A stretch of DNA of 64,000 nucleotides from Candidatus Saccharimonadota bacterium (GCA_028289245.1 JAQGGT010000006.1:144948-208947), one strand, 5' to 3'; positions 26,771 to 36,166 are shown, counted from the first letter of the stretch. Notes: generated by a model from the sequence alone, not told the origin. Numbers and translations: made by a program.

Positions 26771-28333
26771 ATGACGCGAGATGAGCGTGGGTTTACTTTG
26801 GTGGAAATAGTGGTGGGTATCGTTATCCTCTCGATGGCTTCGGTTGGCTTTTTTGCGCTGCTGATTACCCTGACGCAAAGTGCCGTAATCGCCAAACGCC
26901 AAGCCGTGGCGCTCACCATGGCCACCAGCCAGATGGAGTATCTGAAGTCACTGCCCTACAACAACCTGGCGGTAGCCGGCGGCGCAATCCCGGCCACCAG
27001 CCCGCTGCCGGCGTCGTTTACGAAGATAACTAATGGCGAAAAGTATATCGTCAAAACCAGCATTAGCTATGCCGATGACGCCTACGATGGCTGTGGATCA
27101 TACCCCACGCAGGCCTTGAAGCAGCAATATTGCCGTAATTATCCGGCGCCGTCGGGCGCGCCGGCTACCGACACCAATCCGGCCGACTACAAAGACGTTA
27201 GCGTGGTGGTGACTGATAGTTCAAACTTGCAGCTGGCCTCAGTCGATACTGACGTCGCGGCACTAGTAGCCGAGACGGCGAGTAACACCGGAGCTATCTT
27301 TGTGAAAGTGGTCGATGGAGCGGGAACAGCAGTTACGGGGGCCTCAGTGACAGTGGCTAACTCGACAACTTCACCGCTAGTAAACGTCAGTGATACCACC
27401 GACCAAAATGGTATCGTCATTTTTTATGGCTTGCCGCCGAGTACTAGTGGTAATAAATATGTGATTACTGCATCGCAGACGGGTTATTCCTCACTCACGA
27501 CGATTGCGCCGTCCGGGAGTTTGGTGCCGACCTACGCTAGCCAAAACCTAATTGCCCAGAATTCCTCATTTACAACGATGGCTATCTATCCGCAGGGCCA
27601 AAATAGTTTAGTAGTGGAGACAACCGATGTCAGTGGTAACCCGCTCGCCAACGTCAAAGTCTATACCAAAGGTGGCTATAAGAAATACACCGCTACCACT
27701 GACACGACCTACTATTACGACACGCTCACTCCTACCGATAGCCGGCCGGTCACCGACAGTAATGGCTTCGCGACGCTTGCTAATCTGGTGCCGGGTAATT
27801 ATCGGTTCTGTGGTGATGCTGGCGCCACGAGCTGTGCCGTGGGCAGCACGACTTACTACTTAGCGGCTGCCCTGCCGTACGGCGGCACTAATCCGTTCAA
27901 TCCGGTTACCGTACCGATCTACGATGCAGCTAGTCCGCCCACCACGACCTTTACCTACAACGGCAACCAATTCCTACAAAAGGTCCGCCTGTTACTTACC
28001 ACCAGCGCCAGTTTCCCGCGCATCGCCAGCATGACGCCCTACGACGTCAGTTTGGCCACTGGTGCCCTGACCAACATCGCCTTTACCATTGCCGGTACTA
28101 ACCTGCCATGCACTAGCACCGCGAGCAGCTGCCAAACCACCGTGACGTTCTCGCAGGGCGCCACCAACTACCCGGCCAGTTGTACCGGCTCGAGTGCCGG
28201 CACAGCGCTCAGTTGTAAAGTTACCCTTACCGGCGCCACGGCTGGTAATACGCAGATGAAAGTTACCGCCAACGGCTTTACCCTCACAATCCCGGCCGGT
28301 CCACCGCTAGGAGGTTTCATTGTCAGTCCCTAA
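26771..28333 (+). CDS. large type IV pilin-like protein (prepilin-type N-terminal cleavage/methylation domain)
   Basis: The N-terminus is MTRDERG|FTLVEIVVGIVILSMA, with G-1, F+1 and E+5. The remainder is Thr/Ser-rich and beta-rich. Confidence 0.75.
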   Translation: MTRDERGFTLVEIVVGIVILSMASVGFFALLITLTQSAVIAKRQAVALTMATSQMEYLKSLPYNNLAVAGGAIPATSPLPASFTKITNGEKYIVKTSISYADDAYDGCGSYPTQALKQQYCRNYPAPSGAPATDTNPADYKDVSVVVTDSSNLQLASVDTDVAALVAETASNTGAIFVKVVDGAGTAVTGASVTVANSTTSPLVNVSDTTDQNGIVIFYGLPPSTSGNKYVITASQTGYSSLTTIAPSGSLVPTYASQNLIAQNSSFTTMAIYPQGQNSLVVETTDVSGNPLANVKVYTKGGYKKYTATTDTTYYYDTLTPTDSRPVTDSNGFATLANLVPGNYRFCGDAGATSCAVGSTTYYLAAALPYGGTNPFNPVTVPIYDAASPPTTTFTYNGNQFLQKVRLLLTTSASFPRIASMTPYDVSLATGALTNIAFTIAGTNLPCTSTASSCQTTVTFSQGATNYPASCTGSSAGTALSCKVTLTGATAGNTQMKVTANGFTLTIPAGPPLGGFIVSP

Positions 28334-28922
28334 CTCCAGGCCGGCACAGGCCGGTTTCACCCTCATCGAGCTGTTGATTGCCATGACGGTTATGGCGGTG
28401 GTATTTTTGACATTCGGCATCTTCTTTAATAATTATCTGCGTTCCTATGCCGACTATCAGAAAGACGGCAGTAACTTCACCCAAGTCTCGATGCAGTCGG
28501 AGCGCATCGCCAACGTCATGCGCGGCTTAACGGCCATCACCTCGGCGGCGGGCGACGATTTGGTTGGGTATGCCTACTTCTCGCCTGGCGATACTTACAC
28601 CTCGCTCACGCATTACTATTACGACAGCACCGCCAAAAGCATCAAGGTCGAAGTCACGCCGATGACAGCCAATTACCCCACCGGCACGCCGATTACCGCC
28701 CAGAAGCAGAGCTATACCATCGTCGACAACTACACTAAAAAGACTGGTAGCAACTTGTTTGATTATTTTGATTCCGGCGGTAACGCTATTACGCTACCGA
28801 TAAGTGATCTCGATACAATCGTTGATATTCAAGTTAACCTAGTAGCGGCCACCTCACAAACTGCAGCCGGCCAAACGCTCAATGTAAAAGTAAGTTTACG
28901 GAATAGGAAAATAAATCTATGA
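28320..28922 (+). CDS. type IV pilin-like protein (minor pilin/pseudopilin)
   Basis: ...AQAG|FTLIELLIAMTVMAVVFL is the class III signal. It has a TTG start with AGGAGG 5 nt upstream, and overlaps the upstream gene by 14 nt. Confidence 0.75.
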   Translation: MSVPNSRPAQAGFTLIELLIAMTVMAVVFLTFGIFFNNYLRSYADYQKDGSNFTQVSMQSERIANVMRGLTAITSAAGDDLVGYAYFSPGDTYTSLTHYYYDSTAKSIKVEVTPMTANYPTGTPITAQKQSYTIVDNYTKKTGSNLFDYFDSGGNAITLPISDLDTIVDIQVNLVAATSQTAAGQTLNVKVSLRNRKINL

Positions 28923-30466
28923 TGGCTTCGCTGATCTCGGTGATTATTGCCTTCTCGCTGTTTGCTGCCGCTGGTATCCAAGTGGCACTAACAAACTTCC
29001 AGGTCGTCGGCCGGGCAGTTGATAGTCAGCAGGCCTTTAATGTCGCCGAGGCTGGCCTAAATTATTATTTGTGGCACCTCAACCACAACTCGACGGACTA
29101 TAAAGATGGCACCAGCGTCACCACGCAAGACCCGTCACTCGGCTACGGGCCCTTTACCCACAATTACATTAATAAGGATGGCCAAACTGCGGGAAGTTAT
29201 AGTATTTACGTCAAGCCGCCGGTCACCGGCTCAACGGTAGTGACGGTGCGATCTGTCGGCGTAGCCGGCGGCAGCAAACTTAAGCGAACCGTGCAGGCCC
29301 AAATCGGCTCGCCGTCCTTTGCTAACTACGGCGTGGTGTCCGATTCGGCGCTGTGGTTCGGTAATACCGAGACGGCCGACGGCCCGGTGCACTCTAACCA
29401 GGGTATTCGCATGGATGGCACAAACACCTCCACCGTGAGTAGCGGCAGTGCTACCTACACGCCGCCTGGCAGCCTCGGCGGTGACGGCGCGGTCCACAAC
29501 GGCGTCTGGTGCAACACAGGCGTCACGACGCCAATCAACTGTGTCAGCCGTCCCAAAACCAACTGGGTGTATCCGGTGACGGCCGTCGATTTCAACCAAG
29601 TCTCGACCAGCCTGTGTACCATCAAAAAAATCGCCTTTGCCGCCAATAGTGCTACCGCCTCCTTGGCCACCCAAAGTAATGCCTGCACCCAAGTGCCCAC
29701 CACCCGCACCAGTAGCTATCTGCCGCAACGCAGCGCAACCTACAACCTATCGCGCGGCTATCTGATACAGCTCAACACCAACGGCACCTACGACCTCTAC
29801 AACGTCAATGGCGAAACCGACACCAACACTACCTATAGCACCTCGCTCAGTCTCACCGCGGTAGCTACCGGCATCAGCATTCCGGCCTCGGGGGTAATTT
29901 ATGCCGAGGACAACGTCTGGGTCCGCAGTAACCCGACCTACCACGGCCGCGTCACCATTGCCGCCGGTAAGCTAGCCAGCACCAACACCAGCAACTATGC
30001 CAACATCGTTCTGGCCGATCAGTTGCTGTATACCACCAAAAACGGTACCGACGCTGTTGGCTTAATTGCACAGGATTCGGTCATCTTGGCGCCGTATGCC
30101 CCGCCGCGCACCGGAGCCTTCAACTTCGAGGTTGACGCCGCCGTGCTGTCGCAGACCGGTGAGGTTTGGTACCCCGGCACCTATCGGTCGGATACTAACC
30201 GGTGTACGCGCGGCTGGTCAGCCTCTAATCAGACGTTCTTATTCTATGGATCGGTGGCAGCGCGCCAGACCTGGACTTGGTCTTGGCTATTCGGCGCCAG
30301 CGCGTGCGGTGACGCGGCCTTCTTGTCCGGCACTGGCTACGTTGGTGGCCTGGTTAATAACACCTCAGAGTACGACTACAACTTGCGCTATAGTCCGCCG
30401 CCCAGTTACCCGCTGACCGCCGGCTACAACATCCTCTCCTGGCGCGAAGTCCTTACTAAACCGTAG
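28919..30466 (+). CDS. pilus-associated protein with a PilX-like N-terminal region
   Basis: A hydrophobic N-terminus is followed by QQAFNVAEAGLNYYLWHL (PilX_N-like). An ATGA overlap with the upstream pilin gene suggests translational coupling. Confidence 0.55.
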   Translation: MMASLISVIIAFSLFAAAGIQVALTNFQVVGRAVDSQQAFNVAEAGLNYYLWHLNHNSTDYKDGTSVTTQDPSLGYGPFTHNYINKDGQTAGSYSIYVKPPVTGSTVVTVRSVGVAGGSKLKRTVQAQIGSPSFANYGVVSDSALWFGNTETADGPVHSNQGIRMDGTNTSTVSSGSATYTPPGSLGGDGAVHNGVWCNTGVTTPINCVSRPKTNWVYPVTAVDFNQVSTSLCTIKKIAFAANSATASLATQSNACTQVPTTRTSSYLPQRSATYNLSRGYLIQLNTNGTYDLYNVNGETDTNTTYSTSLSLTAVATGISIPASGVIYAEDNVWVRSNPTYHGRVTIAAGKLASTNTSNYANIVLADQLLYTTKNGTDAVGLIAQDSVILAPYAPPRTGAFNFEVDAAVLSQTGEVWYPGTYRSDTNRCTRGWSASNQTFLFYGSVAARQTWTWSWLFGASACGDAAFLSGTGYVGGLVNNTSEYDYNLRYSPPPSYPLTAGYNILSWREVLTKP

Positions 30467-30510
30467 CCGCGGCTCTAGCCATGCCTAACGGATTGTTTTA
30501 TACTGTGGCC

Positions 30511-30843
30511 ATGGCAGATACGCTCAACACGACGCAATCTTCAGGCGGTACGCAAACAAGTACAGCAACTCCTCAACTAAACTCCCAGAATACGGGCGTG
30601 CAATCGGCGCAAGGCCCGACGGCTCTTGACGGTTCGGCTCAGAAGAACACCGCTGTACCGGTCCAGAGCACTAGTGGCCAGCCGACGACGCTCAGCGCGA
30701 CCAGCACGGCGACGGCCAAGCCTACTACTACTCACCAACACCACACGAATTACGGTTTGAGCGCGATTTCCGTCTTATTGTTCCTCACCGCGGTCGTACT
30801 TTTTATCAGTACTTTCCGCTCATCAAAAAATACAACGAACTAA
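30511..30843 (+). CDS. Ser/Thr/Gln-rich low-complexity protein with a C-terminal TM anchor
   Basis: MADTLNTTQSSGGTQTSTATPQ...HHTNYGLSAISVLLFLTAVVLFISTF. The start is set at ATG 30511 because TATACT (30499-30504) lies 6 nt upstream. Confidence 0.45.
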   Translation: MADTLNTTQSSGGTQTSTATPQLNSQNTGVQSAQGPTALDGSAQKNTAVPVQSTSGQPTTLSATSTATAKPTTTHQHHTNYGLSAISVLLFLTAVVLFISTFRSSKNTTN

Positions 30844-30929
30844 CTGTTCCACGCTTGTGGCAAGTGGTAAGTCTAGCTTATTATTGAGGTAAGGTCACAA
30901 AAGCCGATGTAAACGCCCAGCCGTTATAT

Positions 30930-30957
30930 TTGACAAAAAATCAAAAATGTGTATAAT
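30930..30957 (+). promoter_or_regulatory. consensus sigma70-type promoter
   Basis: TTGACA (30930-30935), 16 nt, then TATAAT (30952-30957), in an AT-rich intergenic region. Confidence 0.5.
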
Positions 30958-31021
30958 AAAATATGTTAGTGATCACAAACAAACATTACAAAAATAAAAT
31001 AATTATTAAGGAACCCACTAC

Positions 31022-31111
31022 ATGAAAACTAGCAACGGCTTAACGTTCGAACTTTCGAACACTTCAAATGAAGGTCTTCTTCGCATCGACCGATGGTTGA
31101 AGAAACTGTAA
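31022..31111 (+). CDS. candidate 29-aa peptide gene in its own transcription unit
   Basis: MKTSNGLTFELSNTSNEGLLRIDRWLKKL. TAAGGAA lies 8 nt upstream. It sits between a consensus promoter and an intrinsic terminator. Confidence 0.35.
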   Translation: MKTSNGLTFELSNTSNEGLLRIDRWLKKL

Positions 31112-31129
31112 GATCGGCTTACGTGCATA

Positions 31130-31158
31130 AAGCCCGGCTTCGGCCGGGCATTTTCTTT
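31130..31158. terminator. intrinsic terminator (possibly bidirectional)
   Basis: GCCCGGC-ttcg-GCCGGGC is followed by ATTTTCTTT and preceded by AAA on the other side. It lies between convergent genes. Confidence 0.65.
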
Positions 31159-31166
31159 GGGCAAAA

Positions 31167-31808
31167 CTAGAACAGATGTTTGAAGCGGTCTTTGATGGTA
31201 ACTTCGTGGTCCCCGGTGTTGCAAGAAGCAGGGTCGGCGCTTTCGTCGTAGTGTTTGGCTTTGTTGCCAATAGTGGCGGCTTCGGTTTTTAGGCTGGCGT
31301 TGCTAACATCGCCGTAGCTAACGAGTAACTGGCTTTGATCTTTGATGACCATATTGGCGATAGTACCCAGGCCAGTGTAGTCCTGACCGTTGATCAAAAT
31401 ATGCAGCTGATCGTTGCCGTTATTGCGATACATCGTACCATCGGCAGTTTCGATGAAGTCGGGGCCGATTACCCAGCGTAGATTCTCAAAGAATTGCCCC
31501 CAGGTCACCGCGCTATCGTGGACGTGCACCACCGAGTTGACCTCATCGTGCATGTGAGCCCGCTGCTGTGGGATGGTGATGCCATCGCCGCTGCTACAGA
31601 TGGCAACCTCTTCGTAGTACTTAGGATCTTTAAACTCCTCACGTTTGCCGTTTAAGTACACCGCAAAGTTGGCGTGGTAGTGGGTGCTTTTAGGGACGCT
31701 GTAAGTGGCAAAGCGGATTACCAAGACGAGCAGGACACCAAGTACTAAGCCTAGCCCAAACAACACCACTGGGTGCTTAAATTTGCGTCTGACATACAAA
31801 ATATCCAT
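31167..31808 (-). CDS. membrane-anchored His-rich protein of unknown function
   Basis: The start is set at MDILYV (31806-31808). The TM anchor is VVLFGLGLVLGVLLVLVI, followed by HYHANFAVYLNGK and RAHMHDEVNSVVHVHD motifs. The upstream 68 codons of the track ORF lack coding character. Confidence 0.6.
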   Translation of the reverse strand: MDILYVRRKFKHPVVLFGLGLVLGVLLVLVIRFATYSVPKSTHYHANFAVYLNGKREEFKDPKYYEEVAICSSGDGITIPQQRAHMHDEVNSVVHVHDSAVTWGQFFENLRWVIGPDFIETADGTMYRNNGNDQLHILINGQDYTGLGTIANMVIKDQSQLLVSYGDVSNASLKTEAATIGNKAKHYDESADPASCNTGDHEVTIKDRFKHLF

Positions 31809-31877
31809 TGCCTTTATAATAGCTTGTTTTAGCCGGCTGGGCCATGGCCGACCTGGACAAAACCAAGCGTTAACGGT

Positions 31878-33247
31878 ATGATTATAGTAATGGGAAATGA
31901 AGCGTATCCAGAGGTGGTGGCTCCGGAGATTGATCCGGCGGTTCAAGCTGAGATCGATCGCACTGGTGGTGAGGCGCACTATATTGCCACCATGGGACTT
32001 GGAGCTGACCAACTAGCGACTGAAGTCGGTTTTGGAGATTTTCGGGGTCCGCTGATTGCGGCATTAGCTGATGATAAATGTCCAGTCAAAGATATGCTCA
32101 TCGAAGGCTTTCAAGTCAACGGCGTAGAAGGTGCTCAAGAAAAACTTAACTTGCTAAGTATGTTAGCAGGCAATACTACCAATGCCCAGGGCGAAACTAT
32201 TAAAAAGTTTGAAGTGACCATAAACGAGCGTACGCGCGAACTCGTAAAAAAAAAGATCTGGCTGAACCCCAGCCTAGTGTCACCGAGATAGTAGTTGCTA
32301 GCGACGAGCTTACAAAAAAAGCTCAACACGTTAAGGATATATCAAAGCCGCTTGGGCTACCACTTAAGCAGGAAGAGCGGCCGCTAAAGCCAGTGGTCGA
32401 GCGGCCGTTGCTGGAGCTCGTTGAACCGGTCCTATTGTACCCCTCCACAGAAGTAGTAGCGACTCAATCCGTGGCTACAGCGCTCGAAGAATTACCTGTA
32501 ATCACAAAGAACACCGACCGTATAGTGACCAAAGCGATGCCAATACGACCTGCGCCGACCACTCCTGTCGAAACAGAATCAGCGATTGTGGCGGTACAGA
32601 GCTCCGTAAAGGCCACGCCCTCTGAGTATCCGGTCATGGCACTCGCTGAGCCGCCACCCACCGAACTTGTCGAGCCGCGGATGCGACCGGTAGTAGTTGA
32701 GGCCACCGAATTAATGCCAGCGGAAGTAGAGGTGGCCGGGCACAAAGTAGTCGCATTGCAAGAGCTAGTGGTACCAGTTAACGCCGCAGCAGTCGAACTG
32801 CTGAGCCCGGTGCGACATGCCGAAGTAGAGGCCGCCATCGAATCAATGGCCGAAGTTGGTGAGGCGGTTGCCGAACGGCTGGAAGTGTTTAAGGCAATCG
32901 CGCCGGCCGAAGCAATCCAAGCCGTCGAGCAGCTCAAATTGCAGATCGTACAGGCTATACAGCGGTTAGAAGTTATCCAGGGTGGCGTCCCAGCCGAACA
33001 ATACGAGGCAAGCATGATCAAACAAGTCGTTGAGGAGTGGTGCGTGCAGGTTTTACTGGCCCTGGAACTTGAGCCGACACCTCAGGCAGTAGCCGCAGTG
33101 CTAGCCCAATTGCTCGACGAAGGTACCCATGAGCAAAAAGCCTTTGATTTTAGTGCTCAACTGCGGGCGGCTAGCGACAGCATCCAACGCTGGGCTCATT
33201 CACAGCACTGGGCCGGCGGCTTGGCGGTGCAGCAGCTCGCAACGTAG
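31878..33247 (+). CDS. acidic Val/Glu/Ala/Pro-rich protein of unknown function, split by a frame change in an A9 tract
   Basis: ORF 31878-32291 (frame 0) and the frame of ORF 32393-33247 overlap, the latter being open from 32213. They can be joined by a -1 shift at A AAA AAG (32249-32255) inside A9 (32246-32254). Confidence 0.5.
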
Positions 33248-33253
33248 CGGGGG

Positions 33254-33862
33254 CTAGGCACCAAACGATCGGCCAAAGTAGTACCAAAAATGGTGCAGAA
33301 TCGCCACCACAATGATGAGCAGCCAAGCTACTAGGATATCGCCGTGATGTCGGCGGACAAAACGGGCCAGGCCAGCTAACTTTTTGGGTGTGGGCAGGGC
33401 GCCGGCTTGCAAATTGTACAGTGTAAGGTACCAAAAGCCGGTGATAGTCACGGCCCAGACGCCCATGCAATACGGGCAGAGGGCGTGGATGCGGTAGACG
33501 CTTTCAAAAAATAGCCAGTGTACAAAGACGAGTCCCAGGAAGAAGCCGGCATTGAACACCAGCCAAAACCAGCGCTTGAAGGTGGCGCCGGCCAGCATGG
33601 CTACGCCGACGGTCAGCACCATCGGGAAGGCCGCCAAACCGATAAACGAGTTCGGGAAGCCAAAAACGTGCGACTGTTTGGACTGCATGACCGAGCCGCA
33701 GCTAATAATCGGGTTGATACTGCAGGCCGGATGGTAGCTGGGATCCTGTAATAATTTGATTTTCTCGTCAGTGATGACAAAGGCAGCGATTAAGCCGATA
33801 ACACCAACTACGATCAACAGATAAGGTAGCAATTGTGGCAGGCTGGTCTTTAGATGTTTCAC
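33254..33862 (-). CDS. vitamin K epoxide reductase (VKOR) family protein
   Basis: The loop cysteines are CSINPIISC, the active site is CPYC, and there are about 5 TM helices. Confidence 0.85.
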   Translation of the reverse strand: MKHLKTSLPQLLPYLLIVVGVIGLIAAFVITDEKIKLLQDPSYHPACSINPIISCGSVMQSKQSHVFGFPNSFIGLAAFPMVLTVGVAMLAGATFKRWFWLVFNAGFFLGLVFVHWLFFESVYRIHALCPYCMGVWAVTITGFWYLTLYNLQAGALPTPKKLAGLARFVRRHHGDILVAWLLIIVVAILHHFWYYFGRSFGA

Positions 33863-33968
33863 TGGCGTTGATTATACTACGCCGGATGGTAAGCCAGCTG
33901 AGAAAGCCCTAGCCTCGTATGCGGCACAGGGGTTGAAGGCCAACAGGGGTAAAAAAATCAAAAGCATA

Positions 33969-33997
33969 TTGTAAAACTAAGCAAACTATGCTATAAT
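33969..33997 (+). promoter_or_regulatory. sigma70-type promoter (extended -10) for the high-GC gene pair
   Basis: TTGTAA (33969-33974), 17 nt, then TGcTATAAT (33989-33997). The SD GAGAGGA precedes GTG 34071. Confidence 0.5.
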
Positions 33998-34070
33998 TAG
34001 CTTGTATCAGTTAGTACCTTCCCGCTACTTCCAATCACCCACCCAACTGATGTGATAGAGAGGAAAAAAC

Positions 34071-35087
34071 GTGAGAGCACGCGCCGCAGTTTTTGTGGTC
34101 GCTGTGCTGGGTATTCTTGCTCCAGCAACCGCCGCTAAGGCAGATGCTGACAGCACCATCAACGATGTGGTAACGGCCCTCCAAGCCTCGCCTGTCGATG
34201 TGGTTCAAGGAAGCCCCAACACGTCTGCAACGCTCGTCAACCAGCTAAACAGTGGTGATCATATTGCCATTGTGATGTTGCCGGCAGACCGCGTCGCAGA
34301 TATCACCGACCCGCAAAGCTTCGTCGCACGTCTGGACGATGCTACCGGACACCAGTACATCATCGGTCTGACGATCGGTGATAAAGCGCAGGTGGCCAGC
34401 TCAACGCTTCTACCGAGCGGTCAAGCCTCGGACCTTATGGACCGGGCTCACAACGTGTCGGTAGACCCTACGGAGACCATGGTATCGTTCATTCAGAACG
34501 TCCATCGGTATGAAGCCCAGCACCCCATTCCGGTTACCGCTATGCCAGTATCTTCGGGTAGTGGCGTGAACGGCACCGCATATGTGGTCGTCGGCCTGGT
34601 TGCCTTCGTTGGTGTTGCGGCTATTGGTTCGATGCTAGTTCGTCGCAAGCGAAAGTCACGCCCGATTGCGCATCCGCAACCCGATGTGCGCTTTAGGCCC
34701 ACGACACCGACCGCCATTGCCACGGTGCTGCGAAGCATTTTGGCTCACGGAAGGCTCATCGAGGACGCTGATCTGCGGGCTTCGATCACTCAGCTTGTTC
34801 GAGATGTTGACCGCGATTTTGAGGTCAGCAACATCGACAATGCAGGGGCGGACATGTTCGGCAACAAGCTCAAGGATATCAACGATGTTCTTGAGGGTTA
34901 CGTCGAAGTGCAAAATCAGCCACGTGAGTACGGTTCAGCCGTTCCAGAACTGCTTCGGCAGGGTAAGGCGGCGGTAGAAAGCTTCGGCAGGGTCGTTTTG
35001 GAGGATATCCAGAGCACCAACCAGGCCAAGCTGATTCCGTACAACGTCAACACCGAACTCCTGCAGCAGAAGCGCCAGATCCACTGA
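34071..35087 (+). CDS. single-pass membrane protein (secreted N-domain, cytoplasmic helical C-domain), unknown function
   Basis: GTG start. The signal peptide is MRARAAVFVVAVLGILAPATAAKA and the central TM is AYVVVGLVAFVGVAAIGSMLV, followed by RRKRKSR. The stop overlaps the next start (TGATG). Confidence 0.6.
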   Translation: MRARAAVFVVAVLGILAPATAAKADADSTINDVVTALQASPVDVVQGSPNTSATLVNQLNSGDHIAIVMLPADRVADITDPQSFVARLDDATGHQYIIGLTIGDKAQVASSTLLPSGQASDLMDRAHNVSVDPTETMVSFIQNVHRYEAQHPIPVTAMPVSSGSGVNGTAYVVVGLVAFVGVAAIGSMLVRRKRKSRPIAHPQPDVRFRPTTPTAIATVLRSILAHGRLIEDADLRASITQLVRDVDRDFEVSNIDNAGADMFGNKLKDINDVLEGYVEVQNQPREYGSAVPELLRQGKAAVESFGRVVLEDIQSTNQAKLIPYNVNTELLQQKRQIH

Positions 35088-36166
35088 TGGCGTCGTACGG
35101 CAAGGCATACTCCCATCCCAACCCTCATCCAACAGGAGAGTACGTGAGGAACACCAAGCTCAAGAAGCGCAAGTCCACCCGCAATGGAAAGACGGTTCTG
35201 ACCATCTTGGCCCTGGTGTCGCTGATGCTCGGCGCGCTGACGGCCTGCAACGACAACGCTGCTACGCCCTCCGCCATGTGCGGGTTCGTCATCGGCGATG
35301 GGCAGAACGGGCACGACACCAAGCTGCACCGGGTGGTCTACCCCGACCAGAACCCGAACCTGAAGAGCAGCGAGGACATCAAGTACGTCCCGTGCAACAC
35401 GCGGAACTACATCATCAACGACGGGACCGAGAAGAACGCCAACGGCGATTTGGTCGGTGACCGGCACACGCTTACCAAGGCGTACACCAGTACCGGCACT
35501 CCCGTCTGGGTGTGGAGCAGCTCCAGCTGGACCCTGAACCAGGACCCGGCGGCGCTGAGCAACTTCTACCAGTTCTGCTTCAAGTACGACTGTGCCACCA
35601 GTGACTCGAAAGCGAGCGGTGCGAACTTCGCATCGAAGGGCTGGAACGGCATGCTCGGCGAGAACTTCGGCCCGGCGACGGACCAGGTGGCTCTTCTGTC
35701 GGTGCAGACGGTGGACGACACGGTCTGGCAGAAGCACGACGCGACGAAGTACGCCGGAATCGCCACGGCGATGTCGGACAACTTCCAGAAGGTCATGCAG
35801 AACAAGACTGGCTACGACACGGACCTGTTCTGTGGTGCCGGCTCGGCCTGGAAGGACCCGGCCAACCCTGGCAGCAAGGACAACACGTTCAACTGCAAGA
35901 AGGTCCGGTTCGAGGTCGAGCGCGTCGAGGCGGTCAATGACACCCAGGCCAACGCGGCCGTACAGGCGTCGATCGCCGATCAGCAGAAAGACACGAACAC
36001 CAAGCGGGCGGCGGCTGCGCAGGAGCTCTACGGCAGTGAGACCAACTACTGGCTCGGTGTCATGGACGCCATCAACGCCTGCAAGGCTGCTGGCTCCAGC
36101 TGCGTGCTGAGCATTGGTGGAAACGGGGCCCCCGCGGTCTCCGTACCCGCTGCCGGCGGCAAGTAG
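35087..36166 (+). CDS. putative lipoprotein, high-GC (actinobacterial-type codon usage)
   Basis: The lipobox is LMLGALTAC. An alternative GTG start at 35144 is preceded by AGGAGA. There is strong G/C at third codon positions (aag, ctg, gac, aac, ggc). Long spurious ORFs in other frames (34916-35737 minus, 35592-36110 plus) are typical of high GC3. Confidence 0.65.
   Translation: MASYGKAYSHPNPHPTGEYVRNTKLKKRKSTRNGKTVLTILALVSLMLGALTACNDNAATPSAMCGFVIGDGQNGHDTKLHRVVYPDQNPNLKSSEDIKYVPCNTRNYIINDGTEKNANGDLVGDRHTLTKAYTSTGTPVWVWSSSSWTLNQDPAALSNFYQFCFKYDCATSDSKASGANFASKGWNGMLGENFGPATDQVALLSVQTVDDTVWQKHDATKYAGIATAMSDNFQKVMQNKTGYDTDLFCGAGSAWKDPANPGSKDNTFNCKKVRFEVERVEAVNDTQANAAVQASIADQQKDTNTKRAAAAQELYGSETNYWLGVMDAINACKAAGSSCVLSIGGNGAPAVSVPAAGGK

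Noticed and set aside
31809-32012. 68-codon N-terminal extension of ORF 31167-32012
   Set aside because: The extension overlaps the divergent gene start at 31878 and has no coding character. The TM anchor follows directly after M69.
32464-33021. 185-aa minus-strand ORF opposite the acidic V/E/A-rich protein
   Set aside because: Its Ser/Thr/Ala-rich low-complexity sequence mirrors the repetitive sense strand, and it has no start signals.
34916-36110. Long ORFs 34916-35737 (minus, 273 aa) and 35592-36110 (plus, 172 aa, Arg/Thr/Ser-rich)
   Set aside because: These are typical shadow ORFs of a high-GC3 gene. Their composition is low-complexity, and the lipoprotein frame has a lipobox and SD.
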